IMG/VR virus record: IMGVR_UViG_3300028146_000004
Span: 1 to 52,226 of that record
Strand: one strand, 5' to 3'
Length of the DNA: 52,226 nucleotides
DNA from: a virus
Taxonomy: Duplodnaviria; Caudoviricetes
The notes under the pieces: model-generated
The model's input: the letters and a program-made list of their open reading frames with translations, nothing else
Databases searched by the model: none
Told to the model about the DNA's origin: nothing
Part shown: in pieces, positions 51,799 through 52,226 of the stretch
Numbering within the stretch: position 1 is the first letter of the stretch
Layout: the number at the start of each line of letters is the position of its first letter
Program-made: the position numbers and the translations under genes

Positions 51799-52226
51799 TT
51801 ACTGCTTGACGATGTACGAGTGCTCGCGGTGGTTCTCGAACAGCTGCGGGTGCTGCTTCACAACCGTCTCGAGAGCGTCCGCGTAGGAGAGCTTCGCGTC
51901 CTTGTCCATGAGACCCGCGACGAGCTCGTTCAGCTTCGCCGTGGAGTCTCCGTTGTCGTCCTGCCGCCCGCGGTAGCCGCGCTCGGACAGATCGACGAGG
52001 CCCGTGCCGTCGACGACCTTGGCCAGGAAGTCCACGACCTTGGAGCTGACGTCGGCCGGAGCATTCAGCAGGATGGCCTGCAGCTGCTCGCGGGCCGCCG
52101 GAGCGATCGCGAACGTCTTGCCCTGCTGCAGCTCGCCCAGCTGACGGTTGACCTCGGAGAGGCGCGCGGCCGTCTTGAGCTCGGCGATCTTGGCGTCCTT
52201 CTCCTGCATCTCCGCGAACATCTTCG
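51799..52226 (-). CDS. Protease/scaffold, 3' part (continuation of 848..1)
   Basis: In frame across the circular junction; helical scaffold-like C-terminus LSY-DAL--V. Confidence 0.85.
   Translation of the reverse strand, partial: KMFAEMQEKDAKIAELKTAARLSEVNRQLGELQQGKTFAIAPAAREQLQAILLNAPADVSSKVVDFLAKVVDGTGLVDLSERGYRGRQDDNGDSTAKLNELVAGLMDKDAKLSYADALETVVKQHPQLFENHREHSYIVKQ

Noticed and set aside
52100-52226. 127-bp terminal direct repeat as a biological genome end
   Set aside because: It falls mid-gene and 127 is a common assembler k-mer length, so it is best read as a circular-assembly overlap
1-52226. Temperate lifestyle module, reverse transcriptase/DGR, or stop-codon recoding
   Set aside because: No integrase, repressor cassette or RT motifs found; genes read intact in the standard code with all three stop codons used

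Overview
The window is a complete, circularly assembled tailed-phage genome of about 52.1 kb: bases 1-127 are repeated exactly at 52100-52226. An actinobacterial host and a long non-contractile tail are inferred from gene content. The minus strand carries the virion and lysis genes: terminase, Mu-like portal and protease/scaffold, capsid, tail with a -1 frameshifted chaperone, tape measure, GH25-like lysin and holins. The plus strand carries an early region of small genes (6.6-17 kb), a replication/recombination module, a 7-deazaguanine pathway (queC, queD, queE, folE, TGT/DpdA-like gene) and a UDG-PolA fusion polymerase flanked by two MazG-like genes. No integrase was recognised. The most unusual content is non-coding. 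(1) Three consecutive early genes each sit in the loop of their own 29-33 bp RNA stem, joined by ACA linkers, behind an rrn-boxA-like leader. (2) Six tRNA-shaped RNAs have broken anticodon arms, and five ~43-nt three-way-junction RNAs occur nearby; nearly all end in RCG. (3) Four 96-97 bp elements, each with six TTAGAC-type boxes and an exact 40-bp spacer, lie 11.5-17 kb apart around the circle in alternating orientation. All protein calls come from motif recognition by eye; no database searches were run.
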